Source of the DNA: the human T2T-CHM13v2.0 reference genome, Homo sapiens
Length of the DNA stretch: 64,000 nt
Direction of reading: 5' to 3'
NCBI GenBank assembly: GCA_009914755.4
Contig: CP068257.2
Span: 12,512,001 to 12,576,000, forward strand
Below the pieces are notes generated by a model that was not told the origin of the DNA, did not search any database, and was given only the letters and a program-made list of their open reading frames with translations. Shown piece by piece: positions 41,554 through 54,099 of the stretch. Position 1 is the stretch's first letter, and each line of letters starts with the position of its first letter. The translations under genes were made by a program, and so were the position numbers.

Positions 41554-43995
41554 TTGGAATCTGAGAAAAGCAAAAACAGCACTCAATTCACCAAAAAGGA
41601 AATTCCGTAACTCATTGAGGTTTCTCTTTGGTAGGATCATCACAGGCTGGCAGGTTCTTCTGTAAAAGTTCACTGATTTTTGCTCCTCCCTCTTGGTTGA
41701 AAAGGTGAGGTAGTTTGTTTTCTCCCACTTTAGCTTGTGGTTGTGGGAAGGATTTTTAAGTCACAGGCTCTGTAATAAGTCACAAACAAACCTTCAGCTA
41801 CACAAGTTGAATTTAAGGGAATGATAAATCTAATTACATCTTTCTGTATTCCTTTTAACCTCAGGATTTCAGAAGCGGTCAGGAAAATATGCAAATGTGA
41901 TGTTAGAAAATGCTAGAAATGGAAAGAGTCAGAAAAAGTTGTGGTTTATATTCACTTTGACTACAAACTAAGATATCTTTATATACCATAAATCAATAAT
42001 GAAAGCCATATCCATTAAGCTCTTTCAAGTATAAAAGATGAGCTTTTCATATTTATGTTATTTTACATCCCCAAAGCAGGGGCTATTTTAACATTCAAAA
42101 TTTTGGCTCATCACTTGAGGCTAAAAGGTGAAAATTATAAAAAAAAAAGTATTTAATATGATGACCATTTTAAAATTAGCATACATTTTCTTTTTACATG
42201 TTTACTTAATTATCTTCTTTTCTTAGCAATGGACTTTAGTAAGCAAGAAAAATTGGGAGTTGTTCTAAGTACATAAATTGAAAGTTTAAAAATTAATTCA
42301 TTTTTAAAAAATTCAAGTTTCTCTAAAGTTCCAAAAATACAGTAAGAACAGAAGTGTTTTTTGTATGTTATAAATCTGCAGAAACTAATCTGAGGTCTGG
42401 GGAAGTATTTGAGAAAATTCACAAACAAAATGAAGTATTAGTTTAAAAAAATCACAAACATTTAACTGCTGAGGAAGTTCCATCATTATTTTGAACTGTC
42501 TGATCTCTGGGTGTTTTACATGAGATTTCCATTTTTTAAAAAATACCACCACTACAATTTGTTTGAAGACCAAAAATAATCTAGGTCCTTCCACAGCACT
42601 TAGCTGTAAGAACTGCACCTCTCTAACAAAGATATAAATAAGCCACATCATTTCAGAATATGGGAAGAAAGATAATGTGTCATACATCCTAGAACAAATT
42701 TTTCCTAACAAATTTTACTTAATAAATTAAAATACAAATCTTTCCTCCTTCACTTATAATTTCCTTTTCTCTTTGTGCTTTCAATGTGGCATTATAATAT
42801 GACTCTTGCACATTTACTTTCATCTTTATGAGTTCATACTGAAAAATACTGGCATATCAGGCAGTATAATATAGAGTTTCAAAATTAAAAATCATGCTTC
42901 TTCATTATCATGTATTTTGCCTACTGCCAATATGAGAAAGATGAGGTTATTAATGTTCATTGCATTAAATAGGAAAATATTGGGGGATGACAAAGTTACA
43001 AAATGCCAATAGTTTAGTAAGACAATCTATTTGAGCACTTGTTTAGTCCTCCTTGGATATAAAAAATGATTGTAAGTAGCTTACATACACACTTACAATG
43101 TAAACATTAACTCAAAGGGGATGTTCATGATGATGATGTGATGATGATGATGAAGATTTAAAATTTATTGAGCCCTATGTATCAGGCGTTCTTCAAGCAC
43201 TTTACAAGTGAGTTAATTAGTGTTTGAGATGGAAAATCATTGTTTATCACAATATATTTTGTCACAACCTTTTATTAATTTGTCAATGTGTCAAAATGTT
43301 TAACAATCTTACCCTTTGACTCAGCAATTAAGCAACAAAGATACTTCCTACAGAAATCCAAGACACTTTCCTACAGACACATCCAAGGTCCTTTTATGTG
43401 GCAAATGGCCTACATGTGCACAAATATATGAGCAAAGACATTCATCTCACCATTCCAATAACAGTCAAAAAATGAAAGCAATATAAAATCTAACAATGAG
43501 AGATTAGTCTAATTAGGTATCTACTGTGGATTAAAACTAATGATACAGATTGATCAGTATTTATTGGTGTAAAAGGCCTTCATTACACCTTTTTCATTAC
43601 AAAAAGTTTTAGAGGGCAGAGGGCAAGCTAAAAAACAGTATTATATAGCATGCTTTATTTTCCTAAAGTGTGATATATATAAATATATATATATATTTTC
43701 CTAAAGTGTGATATATATATATTTCAAAGTCTGGAAGGTTTTCCTCCAAAATAGTTATCTCTGCATGATAAATTTGTCAGTAATTTTTACTTTATTTCCT
43801 TAAATTTTAACAATATTTATTTATAATAAACATCTAATACACATAAAACAATTGAAAAACTGTATTTACTTGACAAAAATATGGTTCAGAAAAAATCAGA
43901 ATAAAGACAAAATAAGTGTTTAAAAAAGTGAAGACAAAAATGAGTTCAATTTAAAAAAGCATCCAATAAAATCCCTTAATAGTAGTTGGCCAACC

Positions 43996-44046
43996 TCCTT
44001 TCCTTCCTTCCTTCCTTCCTTCCTTCCTTCCTTCCTTCCTTCCTTC
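43996..44046. repeat. (TTCC)n tetranucleotide microsatellite of about 12 units, forming a polypyrimidine/polypurine mirror repeat.
   Basis: cctttccttccttccttccttccttccttccttccttccttccttccttctg. Confidence 0.85.
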
Positions 44047-44397
44047 TGTTTCAGTTGTTCATTCACTTATGCAACTTTTATTAAGTACCTATTGATTTCC
44101 AGGCACAGACTTTGTTGTTGGGGATACAAAGTAAAGACATTAATTTATTTAATCTGTATTCTTTCAATAGCTATTTATTATACACCTACAGGTGTGTCAA
44201 AGATTGTCTTAGGTACTGAAATATATTTACTCTATACTAGTTCCCAGTGAGAAGGACTTGACAGAAGTGTACCTAGGGAACTATGGAAGCACACAAGTGG
44301 AGTGGCCAGCTAATTTGGAAGGCAGAGTTCAGAGAAGCATTGCAGGACATGTTGCCTGGGCTTAACTACAAAAGAGAGTAAGAGTTGGCTGCACAGG

Positions 44398-44690
<293 letters not shown>

Positions 44691-46689
44691 GTTGGCTGGG
44701 CAAAAGAAGATAAAGAAATGAGCTCTAATTATACATATATAGACATACAGAGGTATACATGTATATATACATATATTTTCATTTATTATATGTTCATTCA
44801 GCTAGGGACATCAGACATCCTGATATAAATGAAGAAAGGCTAGCTCTTTATAGAGTGTTACATGTATTTAACCCATTAAAACCTGATATATGACTAATGG
44901 TACAGTAAATACTGAAAGTGAAGTGAATTATTTTTAACCTACTACTAGATTTATTACCATGCATGCATTCAATATGAGTTAAGAAACAGAACATGCTTAC
45001 ATTAGAAAAATGATATATTGAGATCATATTCTGAAAAAATTGCTAACTACAGAAGCTGACTTTCAGAGTTTATAATATTAACTAAGTATTCTAGAATTAT
45101 AAGCACTATAAACTTATGTACGGCCAGAAGAGGATATTATAACACCAAAATTATGCACATTTGTAGACAAAGAAGGATGCAAATTTCAATAGAACAATAT
45201 AATATGAACATTAATTACAAGTGTAGTTAAAGGTTTGTAGCATACGCACTCATATACATGCAATGGTTTAAACTGAAACCTGAAGATACAGCTTGCATAT
45301 AAGAAGTGTCTGAGGGGAATTCAAGGAGGAAATATGTTGCTTTGATGAGATTTATGAAGTAAATGAATACAAATAAATCAAGAGGTCTACACATAACAGA
45401 GACTTGCAAGTATCCATTCATTTGATCAACATATATTTATTTGCCTACAATATGAGTGTTTCCTTAACTCCTTCTTACTGTACCGCAACTCTACTGATGA
45501 TAGAGGAAAGAAAAAGGAAAAAAAAAAATGGAGACAGGACTTATATCAGTTGAAGGTAACTACTGAAGTTACTAGCATTTATATTATATTTGTGAGGGTA
45601 GAAAGGCTGTCTCTCCCAAAGTATAAGCTTTAGGAGGTCAGACTTTTATATTTCCCTTTGTTTTCCAAGAATTAAGCATTCAGAAAATACCTATTAAATG
45701 AAGTAACTATATTTAGTCCAATCCATTCCTTAAGAAACAGAATCCGAATTCCAAAGAGAAATTACTTGTTCAAAGTAATAAAACTATGTAATGTCAGAGA
45801 TCAATTAGAAATTAGGATTTCCTAAAATGTGTACCTTTTCATTAGAAAAGATGACTTTTTTTGGTCCATCAACCAGATAAAAGCATGCTTCCTCAATTCA
45901 AAATGAAATTTTATCACGATGCCAAACTAAAGGTCAAATAATGTTCTGATCACCTATATGATATTCATGAGATGATCTCAAGGTCCTATGTAGACGTATG
46001 GTAGCTTCAGAAAGGAAGCCAAGTTAACAGTTGACAGCTGATTTATCAAAGTATTGAGATTCTAAGTTTTCTTTCTCCTTTCTTGTAATTTTATTGTTCA
46101 TAAGACTTTTATTAAAAACAAAAATTATCCCCAAGAAAGAACTAAGCCTTTAGCCTGGTACACCATATACAAAGTATAGCCCTGAAACAAAGTACAGCCG
46201 TTGGATCCTGACACAAACCCTAGCTGCCATCCTCAAAAATTCTGGCTTAGACACAAAACTGGCTCACTCTCACCAGTATATCCCTTGGTATTTGCTTTCT
46301 CAAGTTCCTTTTGGAGTCCACTTAAAACCTCTGCGACCAGTTTCAAAAACTCATCTAGGGAGCACTTTCTAGGAAAATAAACTTTAATTCTAGTTTTCTG
46401 TTGTATCCACATCCATGCAAACATCGATTCTTTCAAAAATTATTTATAGTTTAATATCTTCATGATTTGTTCATTTATTCTTTGGACCCAAAGAAATGTA
46501 TCTCCCCGCATTTGCCTGGGAGCTTCTGCAATGAAGTTACCACAATTTAAATCATCTCTACAGTGACTTTATTTAAAATGTTGATTGAATAAATCCAAAC
46601 TCAATTAATGTGCCAGAAAAAAAGGAAGCCACCCCACTAGCTAAAGAGTAAAGCCCTTTCTGCATTCATCTTTCTTACTCTCACCCACT

Positions 46690-47320
46690 CTCCCACCGCC
46701 CAGCCCTACGCCAGGCGAGGGAGCAGTGCGGTGGGCGGTACCCCAAGTCCGCTGGGGGCGTGGCCCTGGAGCCATGCCTCGCCCCCAGCGCGCGCTCCCG
46801 GCGCCGGCCCCGCCCCCTCACCCAGGCGGCGCCGTAAAGCCGGAGAAGGGGCGGGGTCTCAGCTCCTACTTCATTCTACGGCCGAGACCGGAGGATGTTC
46901 CCTGCTCAGGAGGAGGCCGACAGGACCGTGTTTGTTGGGAATTTAGAGGCCCGAGTTCGGGAAGAGATTCTGTACGAGCTGTTCCTTCAGGTACCGTCTC
47001 TGGGAAGGGGCGGCGGAGGGGCGGAGCACGTCGGGCCGGAAACATAGCGCGCACCTGGACCACCCGGAGCCCGGCCCCCTTCCGTCCCATCCTGAGCAGG
47101 GGTTTTAATTTCGTTTCCTCTTGGCGCACCTGTCTCCAGGTGAGCGGCTGGGGAGTGAAATGAGGGCGCGTTCCCCATCCCCATCCGCGCTGCAGAGTCC
47201 TGGGGTTGGGCAGGGACGTGGTTCCTTCAACCCCCGTTTCTGATTAAGGGCTTCCCAGAGGCTGCCTGGGCCTCGGGTGTGCGCGGGCAGAACCGAAAAC
47301 AGCCTGGTCACTGTTCTCCG
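46690..47320. promoter_or_regulatory. RBM11: CpG island and TATA-less promoter region of RBM11. It contains GC boxes, spans the RBM11 5'UTR, exon 1 and the first donor, and lies about 5.3 kb from the divergently oriented LIPI start codon.
   Basis: This is the only strongly GC/CpG-rich stretch in the window (…ccagcgcgcgctcccggcgccggccccgccccctcacccaggcggcgccgtaaagccggagaaggggcggggtctcagctcc…). The RBM11 ATG at 46895 lies within it. Confidence 0.8.
46895..46990 (+). CDS. RBM11: RBM11 coding exon 1 (MFPAQEEADRTVFVGNLEARVREEILYELFLQ), carrying the RRM RNP2 motif VFVGNL. The donor is gtaccg at 46991.
   Basis: ATGTTCCCTGCTCAGGAGGAGGCCGACAGGACCGTGTTTGTTGGGAATTTAGAGGCCCGAGTTCGGGAAGAGATTCTGTACGAGCTGTTCCTTCAG|gtaccg. 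Confidence 0.9.
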
Positions 47321-50270
47321 TCAAGTAGTAAGCACGCCTGACATCCCCCAAAAGGAGAGGGGTCGCTTTTATAATGTTTCCTTTTACACCTTGCTCCTTC
47401 CTTCAAGCCCTTTTATGCGGACAGTATTTTTATTCCAGCATGAAAAGTGAGATTTGAGATGATTTGGCAGCCAACTTACCGTGACTGTGACCAGGTGATT
47501 CCCTGGACAAGGCCCTTTAATTCATACCAAGAGGACCTTCGGAAACTTTGAGACCTGGTACCTCTAGGATTAAGCCTGCTGTGTCCTGTATACACGCTCA
47601 CTTATCGTATTGTCCTATACAGCTAGGTATCACTTGCCAAAAAGATACACTCATTCAGCCATTCCGCTAACCGTGTAATGATCCGGAATTACGGGGCAAA
47701 TACTGAGGGTGCTGGGAAAACAAATTGACGAGACATCCTTTTATCTTCCTAACAGGGAGAACTTAAAATTACAATGTTTACGATAATCTATAAAAAGAGA
47801 AGGGACATAGATAGAAAAGTGGTTCCGCGTGCGAACTCTGAGGTCAGCAGTGTGACTCTGAGCCTGTCAATGAATTCCTCAGTGCTTCAGTTTCCTTATA
47901 TGTCAAAAGAGAGTAGTAGTATCTGCAGTATAATGTGGCTATCGGAATATGTGGCCTAATGGTAAAATGGCTACAGCTGAGTCTAGCACTCGCTGTTTGC
48001 TACCGCTACTACTGCTAATGGTACTGCTGTTATTATTAGTAATAATACTAACATCAAGAGAAATCAATAGTTACTTTCTCCTATCAGAATAAGGGAAAGT
48101 TCCGAGGGAGGCAATTACAGAACTAAATTTTCAGGATTGAATGGGTCAAAGGGGTCCTTTATTTGGTTGTGAAAGGACTTACTTTTGTCTCGAAACTTAA
48201 CTAAAGCAACCCTCTTTTAATTGTAGATACAATTTGGTAGAGAGGGTTCTTTCCAGGAATACAGTTTCCTTTCCTGGACGTAAAACTTTTTTATTATTTG
48301 AAAAATATTATTGATTTTAAAACTTTTAGGTTCATCCTTTTAATTCATCTTTTTAAACTTGCCTCCTTTTTTATGAACTCTAATCCATATCTGTTTTTTC
48401 ATTCAGTATCATTTAAAACTTACTATATTAAGTTAAAAAAAACAACAACAAAAACCGAAAGAAATATAAAGTAAACTTAGAGTTATTTTTCTCCAGAAGA
48501 CTTCTTTCACTTTGAGCCTCCAAAAAAAGGAGAGTGGAAGACTGGGGTGGGATTGCATTATCCAATAACCATTATTTTTAGTCAATCAGGACTCGATCAA
48601 TATCAGTTGTGTGGATCCACAAGACTATATATTATCTTCTCATTCTTTATCAGTTCCTTCTTCCACCTAAGCAAAATATAAATTTTATTTAATAGATCAG
48701 GTAAGAAGCATAAGTTCTTATTTTTGTCTAGGTATTGAAAGGAATTGCCAAAGTGGAGTTTCTCTTCCACTTTAGACTTCAACACCCAGCAAAACTTGAC
48801 AACTATCACACTATGTATTTCATTGTGATTTAAAAAATACTGTAAGATAGTGTGATTGTTGCTAAAAGTAAGTCTTCATGTTGACTTTTATCTTTACAAA
48901 TGCTTTGAATATCTAAATTTATGTCAAAATTCAAATCACGTAAGCATGTTCTGTCCCATAGTGATTACATCTATTTAATATCTGTATAAAAATCACCAAT
49001 TTTATTGGTTTTTATATTACAGTATATTTATCCTTTTACTATTTTCTTTCAAATTTCTGATTATACTTGGAAATGAGAAAATCAGATTTATTATCATTAC
49101 ACTTTTAATACTAGAGTTGAGATTTAGAGAAAATATGGTGAATTCAGTTTCAAATATGTTGAGATTGAAGTACAAAAACATAGACATCTCCAGGAGGTGT
49201 CTCCATGAAAGAGACATGGTGGGAAAAGTAAATTTGTTGATGAGGTGGTCCTTGAAGCCAGAAGGGAAGGGAAGCTAGTCCCTGGGAGAGCACAGAGAAT
49301 GAAAGGAAAAGACTAAATCTTAACACACAGAATTATTTTAAAGATGATCATTAATATTTTTCTTTAGAGTAAAAGCAATTTTTTTATTTATGCAACTCTA
49401 CAGGGAAAAATAATCAGTTATTAAAGTCTGAACCATTCAGCATTAAATCAGTTGTTTGTGTTTGTAAGTGCCTCCTCCAATCATTATCATGGCTGTGATG
49501 TAATTTTTCGTTAGTTGTAATTAACAATTTTCTATGATATTTGGCTCTGTGTTTTTAAATCTTCATTGCATATTATAGGTTTTTCTATCAATATAATCTG
49601 AATATTTATAATTTATATTTTATTCCGTTTTAGTAACACACCATGGAATAATATCTCCAGTTGTTAGATTTAGAGCCTCTCTAATTTCTCACACTTATAA
49701 ACAATGCAATATACTTAAAAGTCTTGAACATATTTAAACATTTTTCCTTTGGAAATTTACCAGATGGAGTTTCCAAATCAAAATGCATGATAAATTTATT
49801 TATTCTTGAAAAGATATTTAATCTTCATGACAGAAAATTTAAACTATGATATAACATCGCCAGCTTTTTTGAGGATAACTCAACCAGCATTGAATTTCTC
49901 ATTTCAGTTATTTTTTGAATTCAACACTGTGAATGTGTATGGAGACAAAGTAGTATTTTAATCTTAGATTTATATGTTTTCTAAATTGGTTTGTTAAGCC
50001 TAACAGAAGGATAGTCTACCATTTCTTTTACAGTTTGAAACTAATACCTAGAATTTCCTGTTCTTAACACCATGTATGTTTCCCCAATGAGCCAGAAAAT
50101 ACAAAGAAAGTGTGAGGAAGTGTAATATTTATTATTAGAAAGATACATTATTAGCAGAGCTACATAAAGATATTGCTAACACATTTCTTTAGTCTAAAGT
50201 TGAATTTACTTATTTGAGTATAAAAAAAATCTTTGGATTTATGAGAAAATAATTTTTAAGTTTCTTATAG

Positions 50271-50433
50271 GCGGGGCCACTAACCAAAGTGACTATATGC
50301 AAAGACAGAGAAGGAAAGCCAAAGTCTTTTGGATTTGTCTGCTTTAAACACCCAGAATCGGTGTCTTATGCCATAGCTTTGCTGAATGGAATTCGTTTAT
50401 ATGGAAGACCAATTAACGTGCAGTATCGATTTG
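50271..50433 (+). CDS. RBM11: RBM11 coding exon 2 (AGPLTKVTICKDREGKPKSFGFVCFKHPESVSYAIALLNGIRLYGRPINVQYRF G), carrying the RRM RNP1 motif KSFGFVCF.
   Basis: The acceptor is tttcttatag| and the donor |gtaggtc. Phase is continuous with exon 1 (phase 0) and exon 3. Confidence 0.9.
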
Positions 50434-51111
50434 GTAGGTCCTGTCACTGATTAATCTTCAAAGTGTTTTGTGGTTGGTACTATTCTCAGAGTTGTAAGCA
50501 ATTTGTTTCCTATGTAGTATAAGACCAAAACAAAAAAAAGTACCTTCTACCTTCTGGTCATTGTTAAATTTTCTCAGAACACGTGTCTAATTCATAATGT
50601 TATATAGTTAATTAGTCTTGACAAACCTATAGCATCTTTTCTAAAAATAAAATGTAAGATAATCGTTTTAGTATCAGCCAGCAAGTAGCTATGATGGTTG
50701 CTATTGGCCCTTATAAATTGAGCAAATCTGAATGAACTGGGGTCACACAACTGTAACATTTATATAGCAAGGGTATTTACTAATCTTGTTACTGCTGATG
50801 TATGGTACTGAATCTGTACTATTTGGAAGATAGAGAGAGGGCATTTAGTCCTTCTGGGGAAATCTTTCTATACATGTTGCACAGGATTTTAGCCCCTGTA
50901 AGAGCAAAGTGGTGAAAGGCAACGTAGAGTTACCCTTAGTAGTGGCGGAAAAAACTTCCTGACAAGAATGGCCTCAACAACTTCTCCTGCACGCATATCA
51001 GGAACAGATCATTCATGATTAGCTGCCAAGAGAATGTTATACCATTACTCTAGCTCTTTCATGTTTCAGGAGACTAATAGAGGCCATCTGGTAATTCTTG
51101 CAATATGTACG

Positions 51112-51430
51112 CAGCCTCCTCTAAGTGGTCAGGCTTATTGGTCTGTCACTTGTCGGTTTTTAAATTCCTCTTGCTATACTAAAAGCAAACAAATACTAAT
51201 AACAAAAACAATGCTTTATTGCAAAGCAAAAGTGCGTCTCTTTGCATTTCTTTTTTTCTTCCTTTCTTTTGTAATACATGGTTGCATCATGCTCTCTGGT
51301 ACTTTCTGGTTAACTTACACAACCTGGTATTAGGTTAGTGCAAAAGTAATTGCGGTTTTGCCATTACTTTTAATGTCTGTAGAATAGGCCAGGGTATATT
51401 ATGTTCTGGCACATCATGTATAAGATTGAA
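51112..51430 (+). repeat. Copy A of an unclassified roughly 250-bp dispersed repeat in RBM11 intron 2. It carries an inserted MADE1 half-element at 51330-51374. Copy B is at 52661-52915.
   Basis: cagcctcctctaagtggtcaggcttattggtctgtcacttgtcggtttttaaattcctcttgctatactaaaagcaaac…catcatgctctctggtactttctggttaacttacaca… is repeated about 1.55 kb downstream at roughly 85-90% identity in the same orientation. Confidence 0.5.
51330..51374. mobile_element. MADE1/Hsmar1 mariner MITE half-element inserted in repeat copy A.
   Basis: ttaggttagtgcaaaagtaattgcggttttgccattacttttaatg matches the MADE1 TIR arm. It is absent from the paralogous copy B. Confidence 0.5.
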
Positions 51431-51804
51431 TTGGCTTTTGTCCATGAGGGTTAAACTCCTGCCTTGTACACTGGAAACAAATAACACTTGTTTATTTGCC
51501 ATTTTTAGTTTACAGGTGTCTGGAACAAACCATCATGTATCTTACAAAGTCCAACGTCAATGTCATTCTTATTTACAGTCATTGATTTAGACAAAGGTTG
51601 ATTTTAATTCATTGATATATATATAGTACTGTAAACAATCTATAAATATGATTTGAGAGGTCAGATATGCATATATCTTCTCTGAGTACAGAATTTTAAA
51701 ATCACTACTACGTCCTAAAATATTTTGAGTCATTTTATGGTTTAATATTACAACTCAAAAAAAAATGTACCATGAAGTAACCTGTTACTCTGTTTCTTTC
51801 AAAG

Positions 51805-51877
51805 GGAGTTCTCGCTCTTCTGAACCAGCTAACCAAAGTTTTGAGAGCTGTGTTAAGATAAATTCACACAACTACAG
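51805..51877 (+). CDS. RBM11: RBM11 coding exon 3 (G SSRSSEPANQSFESCVKINSHNY R).
   Basis: The acceptor is …tgtttctttcaaag|ggagttctcgc and the donor …actacag|gtaatttt. The reading frame is continuous. Confidence 0.9.
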
Positions 51878-52660
51878 GTAATTTTAAAAATATTTCTCAT
51901 CAAAGGTAAAGCAAATATATTTTTATGCCAAGAGGAGTTTTTATATATTTTGGGCTATTGTAAAACCTTACTTTTTAGGCCTAGGATAAAATTAAGGAAT
52001 ATCTTTTTTTTCCGAGCCCATGAAAAGTGATAGAAAATATTTTCATTTAAAATTCAGTCTTAATATTTTCAGTAGTAGGGGGTAGAGACTTATATTTGTA
52101 GTTTTTTATAGTTTTCTACATGCTTTTCATAGCTGTTAAATCATTTAAGCATACAAGGTTTCATCATGGATCACAGGGATACTGTTATTTATATTTTATA
52201 TTTGAGTCAATGGAGTTGCAAAAGTTAACCAGTTCTTAAGGTCACAGGATGATAAAGTGCTAGCTTTGAAACTAAGCCTTCTGACATTAAGCCATTGAAT
52301 TAATTATTTTACTTTTTGAAATAACTTCTCTGTGTTAATTTTCAAACTCATCTAGAATTTTGTATAGCCTGATTTATTGATGCAATGGTAGCCTCCACAT
52401 ACACTCTCTGGCAGGCTATCCCAGAGGTCATGAAACTAAAAGGCTCCCACACCAAATGAAAATGTTCAAATTACAGCTTTTGTTACATCCATTTTAAAAA
52501 CAGTGAAAAGCAAGAAGAAAGATATTGGATAGCTTAGCACACTTAGGAAAAGCTGCAAGTAGGCAGAAGGACGAACTAGCTGAATTCTGGTTACACTAAT
52601 AAACACGTGCCCTGTTTCTCTCTGCTGTATCAGCCTCCCCTGCTGACTGCAGTACTTCTG

Positions 52661-52915
52661 CAGCCTCTCTAAGTGGTTCAGGCTTTTTGATGTATCACTT
52701 GTTGGTTTTTAAATTTCTCTTGCTATACTGAAAACAAATATGAATAACAAAAACAATCCGTTCTTGCAAAGGGAAAGTGCTTCTCTTTGCATTCTCTTTG
52801 CATTTCTTCTTTTTTTTAATGTTTGGCTTCATCATGCTCTCTGGTACTGTCCGGTTAACTTACACAGGCTGATAGAATAGGTCAGGGTATATTATGTTCT
52901 GATATATCATATAGA
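52661..52915 (+). repeat. Copy B of the dispersed repeat, lacking the MADE1 insert.
   Basis: cagcctctctaagtggttcaggctttttgatgtatcacttgttggtttttaaatttctcttgctatactgaaaacaaatatgaataacaaaaacaatccgttcttgcaaag…catcatgctctctggtactgtccggttaacttacacaggctgatagaataggtcagggtatattatgttctg. Confidence 0.5.
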
Positions 52916-53344
52916 TGTATGATATAGATAGAGATCTATATCTATATATAGAGGAGAGGAATAGATATACTCTATTCAGAGTAGACATATAGATCTATGT
53001 ATCTCTATATAGATATTTATATATATAGAGAGAAGTATAGCTCTACTAGCTACATTTCTAATGTTTATCATAGTAACAGTATGAGTGTCATCCATACTGC
53101 TTTTTTTCTTGTCTTCTTTAGCAGAGCTGAATATTCTCAAGTAAACTAACAATAGCTGACCCTCCTATCCCTTTTAGTTATATCAACCCTCTGAACATTG
53201 GAGAGTGGCCCCTCGGGACTGTCAAATAGCCAGGTTTATCTTTCAGAGCATTATTGCACCCCAGATAAAACAGTGTGCTCCTCATCTTCATTCACCCAAC
53301 ATTTCTACATCAGTGAAATGAGAAGTTAGGAAAGGAGGTGGTGA

Positions 53345-53470
53345 AATTAGATTGCCTGAATTTGCATGTTAGCTCTGCCACTTTATTAACGTCAATTAAC
53401 AGTTTATTAACAGTCAGTTAACACTATTAATAAAGTAGCAGAGGCAAGATGCAAATTCAGACAAGAACTG
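53345..53470. repeat. Small palindromic (MITE-like) element. Imperfect terminal inverted repeats of about 40 bp flank a roughly 35-bp core.
   Basis: Left arm gcctgaatttgcatgttagctctgccactttattaacg. The reverse complement of the right arm is gtctgaatttgcatcttgcctctgctactttattaatagtg. The core is attaacagtttattaacagtcagttaac. Confidence 0.4.
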
Positions 53471-54099
53471 GATATGTTATTTTACCACTCTGTTCCCCAT
53501 CTCTAAAATGAGGATAAAACTTTGAAAGGTTACTGTGAGAATTGAATTTTATAATTAACACAAGGTGCTTAAAATACTGAGCATACAATGTTCCGCAAAT
53601 GTTAGCATAAAGGGGGGGAAGCACTATCTAGACTCATGTGTCGAGCCATGTGTATAATGTAAGAACTCCTTTTTTCTACTAGTACCAAGTGGGAAAAGGT
53701 ATCTCTTCTTCCTCAGGAGTTAGGAAGGAACAAGCTATTGGTAAGATTTAGACGGAAGAGAAAAGACTAGATGGGCACTAGAATATAGCAGTCAAACTCT
53801 GGTATTTTCTAGTTATGTTTGATACACTGACCCTAAGTCATCACAAATTCTAGAGTAGACAGCCTGAGTTATGTGTATATTTTGGATATGACATTTCATT
53901 GATAATACTTTATTCTTCTAGTATTTCTGATATTATAAAGAAAGCATATAAAATGGGTTATCATGTCCCCAAAGTGATTTGCAGAGAAAAATGGTGCTTA
54001 TTTAACAATCTAGTCTTTGCTCTCCCTTGGAAATGGATTTTTATGCTTCTTGTTGTTTCTTGTACCTTCTGCTTTTAATGAATATTCCCTGTGTTAGTT

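Noticed and set aside
43127-43154. (ATG/GAT)n trinucleotide run.
   Set aside because: It is too short (about 9 units, interrupted) to call a notable microsatellite, though I mention it as a minor low-complexity tract.
46726-47311. Several overlapping ORFs of 65-145 aa on both strands within the GC-rich region.
   Set aside because: They show typical open-frame inflation in a CpG island, with Pro/Arg/Gly-rich low-complexity translations. The only supported coding segment here is RBM11 exon 1 (46895-46990), which joins exon 2 with correct splice signals.
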